Shown: piece after piece, positions 1 to 12,474 of the stretch
How positions within the stretch are numbered: the stretch's first letter is position 1
Layout: every line of letters begins with the position of its first letter
NCBI GenBank assembly: GCA_973851085.1
Contig: OZ316776.1
Coordinates: forward strand, 7,192,001-7,256,000
Length of the DNA stretch: 64,000 bases
Direction of reading: 5' to 3'
Source of the DNA: Ptychomitrium polyphyllum
Lineage: Eukaryota
Translations under genes and position numbers: made by a program
The notes under the pieces: model-generated
Seen by the model: only the letters and a program-made list of their open reading frames with translations
What the model was told of the DNA's origin: nothing
Databases searched by the model: none

Positions 1-1567
1 CAAAATTCAAGTGCTGATCTTGTCACAATACGTTCTTCCAAAAAGACATGGATTTAATCATTCATATACTTGATTCTAAGAGGCACTCCTACAATTGATG
101 TGTCTTCTCTATAGTAAATAGACATCTCAACATTCCATGTGCACGATCAAATGACTTCAAAATCTAAATGGTCCCTGATCATTTCCTACATCTAAATGGT
201 CCATGTTCATTTGCCACCAGTGTCTACAAGATTCAGGTGTCACATATCACTATTGTGCAAGGAAGTACAAAAATCTATACATTACATGATCCAAAACGTG
301 ACGTCCTTCATAGCGTGGAAAGAGCCCTAGCCACCATGTCTAGATCCAGGTGATGCTGGGCAGCGGCCATTGCTTGTTTATGATAGAACCACAAAAAGAA
401 TACTCGTACTTTTGGCAGCCCAAAAGTGCAGGTGAAATTTGGATCCTTTAAAACCAATGGATGTGTCCGGACACCTACGATGAAGTTGCAAATGGCCAAT
501 CGAAGAATCTTTGGAAAAGGCGCTTTCCGACCGTTGCTGCCATGTGCCTCTTGATTGATGTGTACGAAGAGTACGTCATGTCTACATTGTACGTTTGTTG
601 AGGAGCACCATCTGTGCAAACGCATCCATGTCATAGCTATAGCCATTCCTTGAGCCATCACCAATGCAAAATCCACTGTTCACTTTGGAGTGGCACATGT
701 CTTCATGGTAGGTGGGCATCTTTGGTACAAAGTACAACTTTGTGCTTCAAAGTCACTCTGGAATACAATTGATCCGCCAATTGTGTATGGTCCGATGATC
801 TTCCAATGATTTACACTATTGCACATCTGCGATAGTTCATACTAGTGACTGAGTAAGCATAAAGAACCAAGTGGTAGTGTTGGGAGGAGGCATGTAAAGT
901 TATGGGTATTCCAATCTAAAAACACACCTGGTATTCTCAAAGTCCTAGCAAAATCTGACCTTGGAAACATAAGTCAAGCCTTTGTGAAGCTTCTTTGTGA
1001 TACTCACTTGGAAATTTTGCCAACTGGGTTAATTGCATCATTCAATCTATAACAAGTCTTTGGTGATTACTCACGCTCAATCAATTCATGCAAGATAAAT
1101 GTGTATTCAATGATTGTGTTCAAAGGTTGTATATGTATTTATACACTTTAACATAAAATAATAAGATACATTGGCCTACAATCTTATTTCCAATTGGCTT
1201 ACACTATAATAGAAGCAACGATGTTTGAATTCAAGCAGGCTATAAGCATGAATTTGCACACTATAAGCAAGTTTGAGACAGTCATGTGTCATGTCAAATG
1301 GTACACCAACCAACAATGTCTTGTCAAAAATAGTCTAAATAATAGTATTTCAACAAATTGAGGCATTAGCACAAATGATTCAAAGGATTAGACACATGTC
1401 TTAAATAATGGAAGAACCCGAATCAAGTTGATTATAGTGTAAGACAATAACAATTCCTACACCACAAAAGCTTAGTTATACCCTATTAAAGAAGAAATCC
1501 TCCTCCTTGTTGACTAAGTCCTTTGCAACTGCATAGATAAGAAGATCAAAGATTATATTCTCAAAGT

Positions 1568-2520
1568 ACTTTGAAGCACAAAGTTGTACTTTGTACCAAA
1601 GATGCTCACCTACCATGAAGACAACTGCCACTCCAAAGTGAGCAGTGGATTTTGCATTGGTGATGGCTCAAGGAATGGCTATAGCTATGACAAGGACGCG
1701 TTTGCACAGAAGGTGCTCCTCAACAAACGTACGATGTAGACATGACGTACTCTTCGTACACACCAATCAAGAGGCACATGGCAGCAACGGTCGGAAAGCG
1801 CCTTTTCCAAAGATTCTTTGATTGGCCATTTGCAACTTCACTTTAGGTGTCCGGAAACATCCATTGGTTTCAAAAGATCCAAATTTCACCCGCACTTTTG
1901 GAATGCCAAAAGTACGAGTATTGTTCTTGTGGTTCTGTCATAAACAAGCAATGGCCGCTGCCCAACATCACGTGGATCTAGAGATGGTGTGACAAGAGGT
2001 CTTTCCATGTTATGAAGGAGATCATCTTTTGCATCATCCAATGTATAGAATTTTGTACTTCCTCGGGCGTTAGTGATATGTGACATCTGAATCTTGTAGG
2101 CACTGGTAGCAAATGAACATTGACCATTTGGATTTTGAAGTCGTTTGATTGTGCACATGGAACGTTGAGATGTCTATTCACGAGGGGGAAGACACAACAT
2201 TTGTAAGAGGGTGTTTTGGAATCAAATACATCAAGGACTATGTCCATGTTCTTTTGTAGTTATGTATTGCGACCACATGAGCACATGAATGTAATAGACA
2301 CATATGCAAATGCTATCTTGTACGGAAAAGCTTTGAGGGAATTTGTAATTGAGTTGTTTATGGAATTGAAGATTACCACCTGCAAAAGCCATTGTTAAAG
2401 GATGAGTTTGAGCACACTTGTTGTAAGCATACATGTTTGGATACTTTTGGCAGAAATATGCATGAATAAAAGATCCTTCGCAATGACAGTATTCTAGAGA
2501 ATGATATTTTGAATTTATAA
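1568..2520. repeat. Arm of an older inner inverted repeat (partner 1-753, extending off-window); mirrored on the right arm as ~16150-17099 / ~17914-18885
   Basis: 1568 onward (actttgaagcacaaagttgtactttgtaccaaagatgc...) is the reverse complement of 753 backward; identity falls with distance from the ~0.8-kb loop. Confidence 0.9.
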
Positions 2521-4099
2521 ATTGTAGATAGATGCAACTAATCTTTGGATGCGAAGTTAGTGTTTATGATGTTGTAGGAGCCTTTTCACTTTTAATTAGT
2601 GAATTATAAATTTGCTAGGGTGTAGAGTATGAAGACATTGTGTGTTGTTTTTGTTAGATCACGTAAGCGTATTTGTAAGCTTGGATACACATTAAAGAAT
2701 CTATAGTTGTTGTAGCATTGAACAAGCTCTATTTGTAATTGTTTGGTAGTGTATGTATTATTTACTTAAACATTTATGTAAATCTATACTTGATGTGCAA
2801 TGATGTTGTGTTCCTTTGAATGGATGTTATTTATTTGAAGCTTTGAATCTTTCAAAATGGAGTCATTATTCCATCTTTTTGATGATGTAAATTTCATTAG
2901 AAATTTCAACTTAAGAAACATTCTATTAAATATAAAATTTTAAGTTTTTAACTAATATTTAATCACTTGAACACATCCATAGATTGTCCATATATTGCTA
3001 GGTTAGAATGTATTGTCATGGAGGCTTTTAACTACAATAAAGTAGCCACATCTCAATGCAGGGATGAATTGAATGTTTTGGCACTATTATTGTTTGATTG
3101 TGTATGATATCATTATATTAGATTTTGAAGCCATAATTCATGTAATTGAGTGCGTAGTAAAATTTATTGTCCAAATTTCATTGAAAATTTTGACTTCAAT
3201 AAATGCCTTATTTGAGAGAAATTTGTTATAGTATATGACACAATTGTATCATGTTTGGCAGGTTTGTAGAACCATTCATTGGTTTTGTGCATGCAAGATG
3301 CTCATAATAATTTTGAAGCATGTATAGAAATCCAATTAGAGCGATATTAATATGAATAAAAATAAAAAGTTATATGGATTAACTAATATAAGAAGTGAGA
3401 TGTTTGTGCAGATGTGACATGGTAAGGTTGGTACAATCCCTTATTGTTTTCTTAAATACTAGAATAGCAGAAAGTACATTTTATAAAATGATGGCTACAA
3501 AGGTAGGCATGTTACGGAATGTATGACTCATATTATGACATGTATATCATATTCACCCTACTTACAAATCAACCTTCTAATTGTATCCAACAATGAGGTG
3601 GCCCTTTATTTTGTTCAAATCAAAAGCCTCAAAGAAACGCATCAAAGTGGAATATTTTTATTTCACAATGAGTTCCTCTTGATAAATTGATTTTTAACCT
3701 ATTAGAGTATTATATATGTGATAATTGTACTTTGTACAATGTGTATATGTGCAATTTTTCCTTATTTTCTTTGCCTTTAATGTTTGATACTTTTATAATG
3801 TGTTTCAAAGGTATAACAAAAATATACAAGTTGATAGAACATTGCATTAAAAACTCAAGCAATTGTTAAATGTATAACAATCCATACCCACATTTTCAAA
3901 AGGAGTATAAAAGATAAGTAAAGGTGATGTTTGAAGATGTTTTGAACTTTATATTTCAAACAACACCTTCAAAGAATTTTGGATATGTCATGTCAAAATG
4001 TATATTTTTTAACACACTAATATAAGTATTTCAATCTCAAAAATCATGTTCTCAATAAATATTTGTTACCTTTAATTCACTTCACATTTACAACTTGCA

Positions 4100-4355
4100 T
4101 TACTCTCACTATTCATCACTCACTATCCTCTCACTACTCGTCACTCACTTTCCTCTCACTATTCGTCACTTACTTTCCTCACTATTCGTCGCCTGCTTTA
4201 CTCTCAAGTTTTAGGTGACCAAAGTGCAGCTCAAGTTGTCCAATTTATCCTGCTTGCCCCCTCACTACCACACAAGTCTGTGTCACGTTCACTTACCACA
4301 CTAGTCTGTCGCACATTCAACTCACCACACAAGTCTGTGTCACGTTCAACTTACT
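4100..4355. repeat. Short degenerate tandem arrays (~23-bp tcactcactttcctctcactattcg-like units; ~30-bp accacacaagtctgtgtcacgttca units); mirror ~14312-14567
   Basis: Units read directly in the sequence. Confidence 0.75.
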
Positions 4356-6346
4356 CATAACCCAAACATATGTTCACACAAGGAGTGCACGGTTTACTTT
4401 CTGCACTTTAAATCCACGGACCTTTACATTCTAGCACTGGTGCTCGATGGAGCAGCGTCGATGCCAAATACGAATCCTTTGCAATAATTGAAAATTACAA
4501 TGATTATCCTCCGCAGCAGAGTGACTAGTGAAGAGAGGAGAGAATCAATGTTGTTGGTGAAGCCGGTGCTGCGTCTCCATCCCGGTGCAAGCTGATGCAT
4601 ACGAAAGCGGTCGACCCTGTGGAACCTTATCGCCATGCTGATCATGCTGTTGGGTTTGACTATGGTGGGGACGACGGTCAAGAGACTTCGTCACGGTTCC
4701 TCCTCCTGGCTTCGCTTAAACCTTTATGCCCTACAGGTATTCCGGATTCACACCCAAAAAAAAAAAGTACGTAAGAGGCCATAAATCCCACATGCTCATG
4801 AAGAATTTATTGAAGGCCTTTCACAAACGAATCTATTACACATTACACCTAGTCCGATTTCTTGTTATTATTTTAGTGTTTTCTAAAGTGTTATGATTCT
4901 TTCTATGCACGACTCCAAAATTTACACTATAAATATAAACCCAAACATCTCAATGTGAACAAAATACCTGAAACTTTCAAAACACACCTAAACCACAATT
5001 TCATTCGACTATCTTGTTTCCTCAGTCATCTAGGTCTAAACCCTGTAACCTCAATTTATGAAATCTATAGCTGTGCCAAATCAACTGAACAGATTATAAG
5101 ACCCCTTTATTCCTGGAATCAGCACAAATCAAAGCCTAAACACCAATATGCAACAGACAATACCATTTGACCGACAACTCCGTTACCTCCGGCCATTTAG
5201 AAAACCCCTTCAGTAGGTAGAACAGAACGGCATAAACAGGCCTTCTCAATTCTTAACGTCCACACCGTGAATAGTTAGGTGCCATCACATTCTGGGAGCA
5301 ATTACTTTGGGGTCGATTCATGACCCTCTGGTGGTGACATCAAGCTGCGCAACAGTGAGCGGTTAGCGCTGGTTCTCTGCTTGTGAAGGCCAGGATACCT
5401 GATTGTTTAGTAGGAGCAGGCTGTCTGATCCGCCGCGGGCATGCATTTGTGTTCTTCTCGAGAACAAGACCTTTAATGGAGTTGGTCGGAATTAACCCTG
5501 CTAGTACGAGTTTACGAAGCACAAACTAAGTGATTTGAATCATAAGATCAGCACCACAGGATACATACACGGACACATGTACACCACATGAGATCTAGGC
5601 AGAATTTTTCATCTCCACCTTTGAGCAGAAAGTTTCAGATTAAACATCCAGGGAATCTCATGGGCGGGTAAAAATGTCGCCAACTTTGACGAGGCAACTG
5701 ATTGTAAGTGTGCGGAATCAACTAGTAAATTGGCGCTGTGATCCGTGTCGAGGGCTATCGATTGGAAAAATCCGCTGGTTCTGCAATGCCATTGGCCAAT
5801 TTCAAAGCATAAACGTGTTTGATAGAGCTGCGACCTGCAGAAAATCAGAAAATCGGATTTATTGCAAGCTGCACCCAACCCTGGTGATTTCACGTCCACT
5901 AACCTCCAGATACTTATTCCAGGTGACTCAAATAAGAGGTGTTGGTGAACTGGTTGGTATGCATCGCGATCACTTATCTCGAGAGACACGCAAAGATGTC
6001 TTAGGCCGATCCGGTTCCAGCAGTCTACGACGCTGGGCTGAAAGGTGGTGAACATTCTGGAGAGCCAGCTTTGAGGTGGGGAAGGGGATTCGCAGTCCAC
6101 CGCGGCTCGTCCGCCAGCTGCTCTGTCGAGCCAGGCCCACTCGGGCAGAGAAAAGCACCTGCGGGCAATTGGGCATGCGCGATGGAAGTTTGAAAGCGTG
6201 AAGAAGATTTTAAAATTTCCATGTGCCTTAACATTCCAGTGCAGTACATCAAGAATTTGCAAATCTTTACCCTCGCTATATGATACATGTATCATACAAT
6301 GTTCTCAAGGATGACATATATTTGTTCCAAGTTCCATGTATACTAC

Positions 6347-9300
6347 CAGCTTTGCAATCAATCAAATGTATGCACTTTACAACCTAACCATGTTCCATTT
6401 GTTTTAGAGATGCATTGTGCAACGTGAAAATGTGTGACTTAGTTTTGGTACATATTTAGATTTCCATGTGCCTCAAAGTTTCACTACACTATATCAAGAA
6501 TTTGCAATTCTATATCCTTCACCGTATGATACATGTACCATACAATGTTCTCAAGGATGGAATACATTTGTTTCTTCTGCTATTTATGATTCTTTATTTC
6601 GACATTGAAGCACAATCTTTTATTCATTTTGACAAAAACCTAAATTTCTTCCATGAGCTTGACTTGCATTAGAGCTTTAAATGAATATTTCCTTCACTGG
6701 TTTTCTTCAACATCCATTTCATTGCATTTACTTGAGTATAATCTATCTCCATCTATTTTGTCTTTGCTTCCGTATCTTCAAAGTATCATCGTTGTTGTCC
6801 ACTGCGCATTAAACATTTTTGTGCAAATGATTGAATATTTGCATTGGTCAATCCTACAACAAACAAAGCCAAGAAGTTGGAATGATTTCATTCTATTCTT
6901 GCTTGCTCTGCTATATTAGAACGTTGTCCTAATCAACGCACAAAAAAATCATTGCATGAAATGTGAAATTTTCTTTCACACATGCTATCACAATCATATA
7001 GATTAGAAGCTTTTGGAAGGACCAAGAAGGTTCAAGGAGGTCTAGGAAGGTTCCTATAAGGTCTAAGGAAATTCAAGAAGGTTTTGAGAAGATCCAAGAA
7101 GGTCTAGGAAGGTTCCGAAGAAGCTACCTTGGTTAAAGAAGCTTCCAAAGGAGCAATTCAAGGTTGCTTGAGTACGAAGCCTTCTATTGGAATCCTCTTG
7201 TGAAGCTTCCAAGGCTTTTCTTTCTAGTATATGTAAGAATAAAAGTTGGAGAGATTTTGAGTCTAGACAACGCAGATTTTGTGGCCCAGTTTAGACTTTT
7301 TAGATTTAAACCTTATTGTGATATAAGTCTAGTTAGACCATCCCCTTGTGTTGATTCCTTGTCTTGTCTTTCCATGCATAATACATGCTGAGTCTCAATA
7401 AATTTCAAATCGTGCCTTCAACTTAAGTAATGTAAGAATTTTCTTTTGTTGACACAATGCTTGTAGAACTAAACAATTTGAAATATCATCTTACATGATG
7501 TTGTATCATGATCAATGTATTGATCCATTGCCTAATGGTACCGTTACACATTTTGCTGCTTGTTCCTGATTAATGTACACAAGTAAATTCAATACATATG
7601 TAAAGATGCATGCGTACACTCAAATCATACGTATTGGTGACTTATGAAATCCACAACTTTAAATGCACCTTCCAAATGAAACTACTTCAACTAAGTAATT
7701 TTACATTATTTTACCTTTCTACCTAGAATTTCCTTCTATCTACCACATCTTGCATATTCTTCCTTTGATTCTTCTAACAAACTACTAATAGTCCATACAA
7801 CATGGAAATTTGTTGTTGTATGTTTTGAATAATACTTACTAATTTTTGCTTATGTCAAAATTTAGGAGTCTTTGGTTATAGGTAATGCTTTCATTCAACA
7901 ACAATGAATTAATAAAGTCACAATTAAATGCCACAATAGTTCAAAATAAAGCTCTAAATCATTGCACCCAACCAATGTAAGACTTGCCACTTTGAATATG
8001 GTAACCTATAGTTCTTCTACATTCCAAACTCCTTCTTTTACAAATTATGATAATACATCTTGACAGGCCCCTCCTATGTACTCTCTCTACTATGCAAATT
8101 GCTCTCCAAAGCTAAACATGCATCATCACACTTTGGTTTGTATTCCTGCAAGCAACATAAAATCCATCTAATTATCCCTTTTGTGATATCTACAAAAGAC
8201 TACTGGTATTCCAAGAGGACCACTAAAACGCGTTCCACGCTATACAGTAGCTCACTAATTTAGAATATCATTCTCTAGAATACCATCATTGTGAAGGACC
8301 TTTTATTCTTCCATTTTAATGCAAGAAGTACTTCAAACATGCATGCTTGCAACATGTGTGCCCAAACACATTCTTTAACAATGGCTTTTCAGATAGTAAA
8401 TCTCAACTCTACAAACAACTCAACTACAAATTCCCTCAAAGCTCTTTAGTTCTAGATAGCACTTAGATTTGTAAGCACAAAATTCAAGTGCTGATCTTGT
8501 CACAATACGTTCTTCCAAAAAGACATGGATTTAATCATTCATATACTTGATTCTAAGAGGCACTCTTACAATTGTTGTGTCTTCTCTATAGTAAATAGAC
8601 ATCTCAACATTCCATGTGCACGATCAAATGACTTCAAAATCTAAATGGTCCCTGATCATTTCCTACATCTAAATGGTCCATGTTCATTTGCCACCAGTGT
8701 CTACAAGATTCAGGTGTCACATATCACTATTGTGCAAGGAAGTACAAAAATCTATACATTACATGATCCAAAACGTGACGTCCTTCATAGCGTGGAAAGA
8801 GCCCTAGCCACCATGTCTAGATCCAGGTGATGCTGGGCAGCGGCCATTGCTTGTTTATGATAGAACCACAAAAAGAATACTCGTACTTTTGGCAGCCCAA
8901 AAGTGCAAGTGAAATTTGGATCCTTTAAAACCAATGGATGTGTCCGGACACCTACGATGAAGTTGCAAATGGCCAATCGAAGAATCTTTGGAAAAGGCGC
9001 TTTCCGACCGTTGCTGCCATGTGCCTCTTGATTGATGTGTACGAAGAGTACGTCATGTCTACATTGTACGTTTGTTGAGGAGCACCATCTGTGCAAACGC
9101 ATCCATGTCATAGCTCTAGCCATTCCTAAACCATCACCAATTCAAAATCCACTGTTCACTTTGGAGTGGCACATGTCTTCATGGTAGGTGGGCATCTTTG
9201 GTACAAAGTACAACTTTGTGCTTCAAAGTCACTCTGGAATACAATTGATCTACCAATTGTGTATGGTCCGATGATCTTCCAATGATTTACACTATTGCAC

Positions 9301-9436
9301 ATCTGCGATAGTTCATACTAGTGACTGAGTAAGCATAAAGAACCAAGTGGTGGTGTTGGGAGGAGGCATGTAAAAGTCATGGATATTCCAATCTAAAAAC
9401 ACACCTGGTATTCTCAAAGTCCTAGCAAAATCTGAC
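6347..9436. repeat. ~3.1-kb block: inverted copy of 17708-20796; its last 959 bp (8478-9436) are also a direct copy of 1-959
   Basis: ORF mirror sum 27143 (6466-6672(+) vs 20471-20677(-); 8645-8830(+) vs 18313-18498(-)); offset 8477 to the window start (168-353 vs 8645-8830). Confidence 0.95.
6986..7383 (+). mobile_element. Solo LTR of a Gypsy family (same family as the LTR remnant at ~31984-32145)
   Basis: Perfect 5-bp flanking duplication CATGC (6981-6985, 7384-7388); TA...TA ends consistent with mutated TG...CA; gaaggtt-rich internal repeats; shares gcttccaa..agcaattcaa.gttgcttgagtac with ~32038-32073. Confidence 0.75.
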
Positions 9437-11278
9437 ACATTCAAACCTCTCTGAAGCTCCTCTGTGATACTCACTTGGAAATCTGCCAGCTAGAGTGGTG
9501 ACACATAAACACGATACATATTCGGAAGGTGGTGACACTTACACTTGATATAAACTCGGAAGGTGGTTCTCGAGGAGCTTATGCGAGGTTCTTGTCACAG
9601 CCTCTCGGGCTGGTTTTCTGTCTAATGGGGGCTCCTGGCAGAAGCGGAGACCATTATTACCATGTCTTGCTCATTTATCGTGTGGATCTGGGTGTAGACT
9701 GTTAAGAGTGTAAATAAATTGTATGGAAACAATGATATCTTGTACAATTGATGCGTCAAGGTGTGAGTTTTGCTGGGTTTTCCAGCATTGCCTCAACTTC
9801 TGTGACTTGGGATTTGTGTGGCGAACAGTATTCGACTAAAGTTTAGAGTGAATTTGAATAAGTTGATTCTCTGAGCTCACTCTCGTTTTGTTGTTACTGT
9901 ATGTATGAATTTGATTATCGGTGTCTAGAACAGGAGGGTGAAACACTGTGATCATCTCGTTTACAGGGCATTGTTGGGCTTACAAGGCGTCAGAGGCGGC
10001 ATTTGCATAAGGCCTACAAGCAGAATTATGGTCAGGGTCAGAAAATTCCTTCAGTGCTCGTAAGAAGGAAAAAGCAAGATGCCTGGTACCACCGGAACCC
10101 TTCATCACGGAAGCCCTCCACTCAGTGAAACAAGTTCTTGTGGTGGAGACTTCTCAATAATTGAACTTGACAGTACGGTTGAATTCTACCTACATACAGA
10201 GCGGGAGCATTGGTAACTTGCCTTACATGTAAAGCACACTGCAATCTCACAGTATTAGGCACGAAAAATGAAGAGGTGACCGCATTCTGGACTTAATTCG
10301 CTGTCTCTGGAGCTAATTGCTTTCTGGAAGTTGGGAAGTCACATGCGGTCTGGATAATGCTGCCGTGTAGTATGACTTTGAAGTACACGACAATGGTATC
10401 ACATTGCAGTAGCATCAGTACTCAGTGTGCAGCCTGTTTTTGTGTGGAGCAGTGCGGCCGTGTTGTGCTTGAATCTGAAGAAACGATGCCCCTTTCACAT
10501 TGAGCCTCACGAATGACCACATGAGTGGACAGAAATTTCTTATGTACCGGTATCCATCGAATTCCAGAATCTCGTCCTTCAAAAAGAACTGGAACAACAA
10601 AAACCAGACATCAGAGAATCTCGAACCGTCTGCTCTGAGGAGGTGATGTGCGGATTGGGGGCCCAGAAAGCAGCCACTTCAGGACTCGTTCAATTCAGTT
10701 TAGCTGCGTAGAACTTCAAAGACTTGTTGGTGGGCTTCAGTGGGTTTCACGACTGGCAGTCTCTGTCCACGGATTTGGTAATGTCTCAAAGTAGTTTCAT
10801 GCATGCCATTAAGCTCGCTGCTTAATTCCTATTAACACCAGAGCTATACAATATATACATACTTTATTATATACAATAACACAACAAACTGGGGTCACCG
10901 ATGTTTCGGATTACAAGTGCGGCTTAACTGGAAATCAGCTGTGCTCCTAGCTAGGTGCCATCAACCTTGCACCAAAGATAAGTATCCCAGGAACGCACGC
11001 TGTCCAGTACCTAAGCCTTTTATTCTACTTTTATTCAGTCTGTATAAACTCAAGCAGCTTCACAAGCTGCAAGAGTGCACGCACGGTGGCGTTGCATAAG
11101 TGACACACACAATAAAATCCACACAACTTACATAGCCCGGCGACATAACTTCCAGTGCTACACACCTAGTACACAACATCACAACACAAATCGTACAGTT
11201 TTATGCTACAAGTCCCGCTTGAGAAACCCAGGATGCAGCACATCCCAGATCAAGTAGGCCAGCGATCCGACGAGCTCG

Positions 11279-12351
11279 CTACACGTCCTTGGACATAGCC
11301 GGAGCAAATACAATATCGTTCTCCACAAGCATGTGACACGCCTCATCACCATGTGCGATCTTCAGAGCTTTAAAGGCGGGGTGACGAGACAGCCACTGCG
11401 CAGTGTTGATGTGGCAGATCGCGACGGCTTTGATACGAGTGGATTCGGAGCCCTCCGGTTTGAGAGTCGCCTGGATGATCTTCGTGCCTGTCACACGATG
11501 ACAGTAGTACAGCGCCACGGGGAAGGCAATGTGATGGCAGACAACGATTTTCTTACCCTCGGCGACTGAGCCCTTGGCGACATCGAGAATGGCAACTGGC
11601 TCCTTCGAGGCCGGGGCTGAGGCCGGTGCGCCGCTAGTTGAGTACACCTTAACTTCGTGGCCCAGTTCAGCGGCCACGAAGGTGGCCACAGACTCAGTAG
11701 ATGCAGCGCAGGCCCTGGATTCGCCGGGGAGGGCCGCGCTGCCGCACAGATACGCGGCGGTGGCAACGTCAGTGGCCTCGGTAGAGTCGCGCGCCACGCC
11801 GAAGTGCTGCATCAGGGTCAACGCGTTAGAAGATGTAAGGGAAGGCAGTTTGGCCACAGCAGAACTTGTCAGGAACTCTCTCCTGGGGGCGGGGTCATGC
11901 AGATTCCCGTCCAAGGTCATCTTGGCGCCTGCGACCATCGCAGTCTCCAGGAAGAAGTCTCGCTGCAGGTCGTTCACCGTGACAATCGAAGCGTCGCGAA
12001 GACGGGCTGCATCCGCGACATCCGATTCGGCCGTCTGCCGAAGAAGATCATCGCTAAGGCAGATCAGCGCACTAGATGAGCACACTGCGGAGAGAAGATG
12101 AGCGGACGAGCTGCTGCTTACCGCCTTCCCGATCGGCCTACCAGCCAGACTCACCCCAACCTGCATTTCCAGACAAGACACACTCTCGAAGTTAGACCAG
12201 CCCCGCAACTCACAACACATCAAGTGCACACTGCATGCGTAGATCGAATGTAAACAACAGCAAATGATAAGCTAGAGGGGTTTTGTGTACTTACCATGGA
12301 GCTCGCTGCTGCCAGGACGAACACAAGGACGTGAAGGTGCTGAATCGCCAT
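11279..12351 (-). CDS. Secreted BURP-domain protein (RD22/PG1beta-like family), 2 exons (12351-12295, 12160-11279), 312 aa
   Basis: Hydrophobic signal peptide MAIQHLHVLVFVLAAASSM|VGVSLA; GTAAGT donor and TGCAG acceptor in phase 0; FF dipeptide and four CH motifs (VVCHH...YYCHR...AICHINTAQW...ACHML). Confidence 0.93.
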
Positions 12352-12460
12352 TCTGTCAACAGCCGGAGATATGAGACACTAGAGCGGGTTCGTACAGATC
12401 AGAGAGAGCTGAGTGCGTGAGGGGTAGGCAGTGGGTGATCTTAACTGCGGACGCCTGCAT

Positions 12461-12468
12461 CTTTTATA
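12461..12468 (-). promoter_or_regulatory. Probable TATA box (TATAAAAG) of the BURP gene
   Basis: Consensus TATAAAAG on the minus strand ~110 bp upstream of the ATG at 12351. Confidence 0.65.
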
Positions 12469-12474
12469 CGCTTC

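Larger units (their letters stand above)
1..6192. repeat. Left arm of a large near-perfect inverted repeat (partner 12475-18666); probably continues beyond the window start
   Basis: Identical ORFs on opposite strands with constant coordinate sum 18666/18667 (e.g. 1886-2158(-) vs 16509-16781(+); 5674-6051(+) vs 12616-12993(-)); only scattered SNPs seen by eye. Confidence 0.97.

Noticed and set aside
168..2434. Recurrent 60-120-aa ORFs in the repeated block
   Set aside because: Recurrence is explained by DNA duplication; all frames contain stops, and I could not recognise transposase, helicase or viral motifs
5609..6295. 228-aa ORF and its 213-aa mirror at 12417-13058
   Set aside because: No recognisable domain; lies in the BURP upstream region and crosses the rearrangement junction with different N-termini, so it is most likely a chance ORF
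11333..12101. Long plus-strand ORFs overlapping the BURP exon
   Set aside because: Antisense shadows of a GC-rich coding exon
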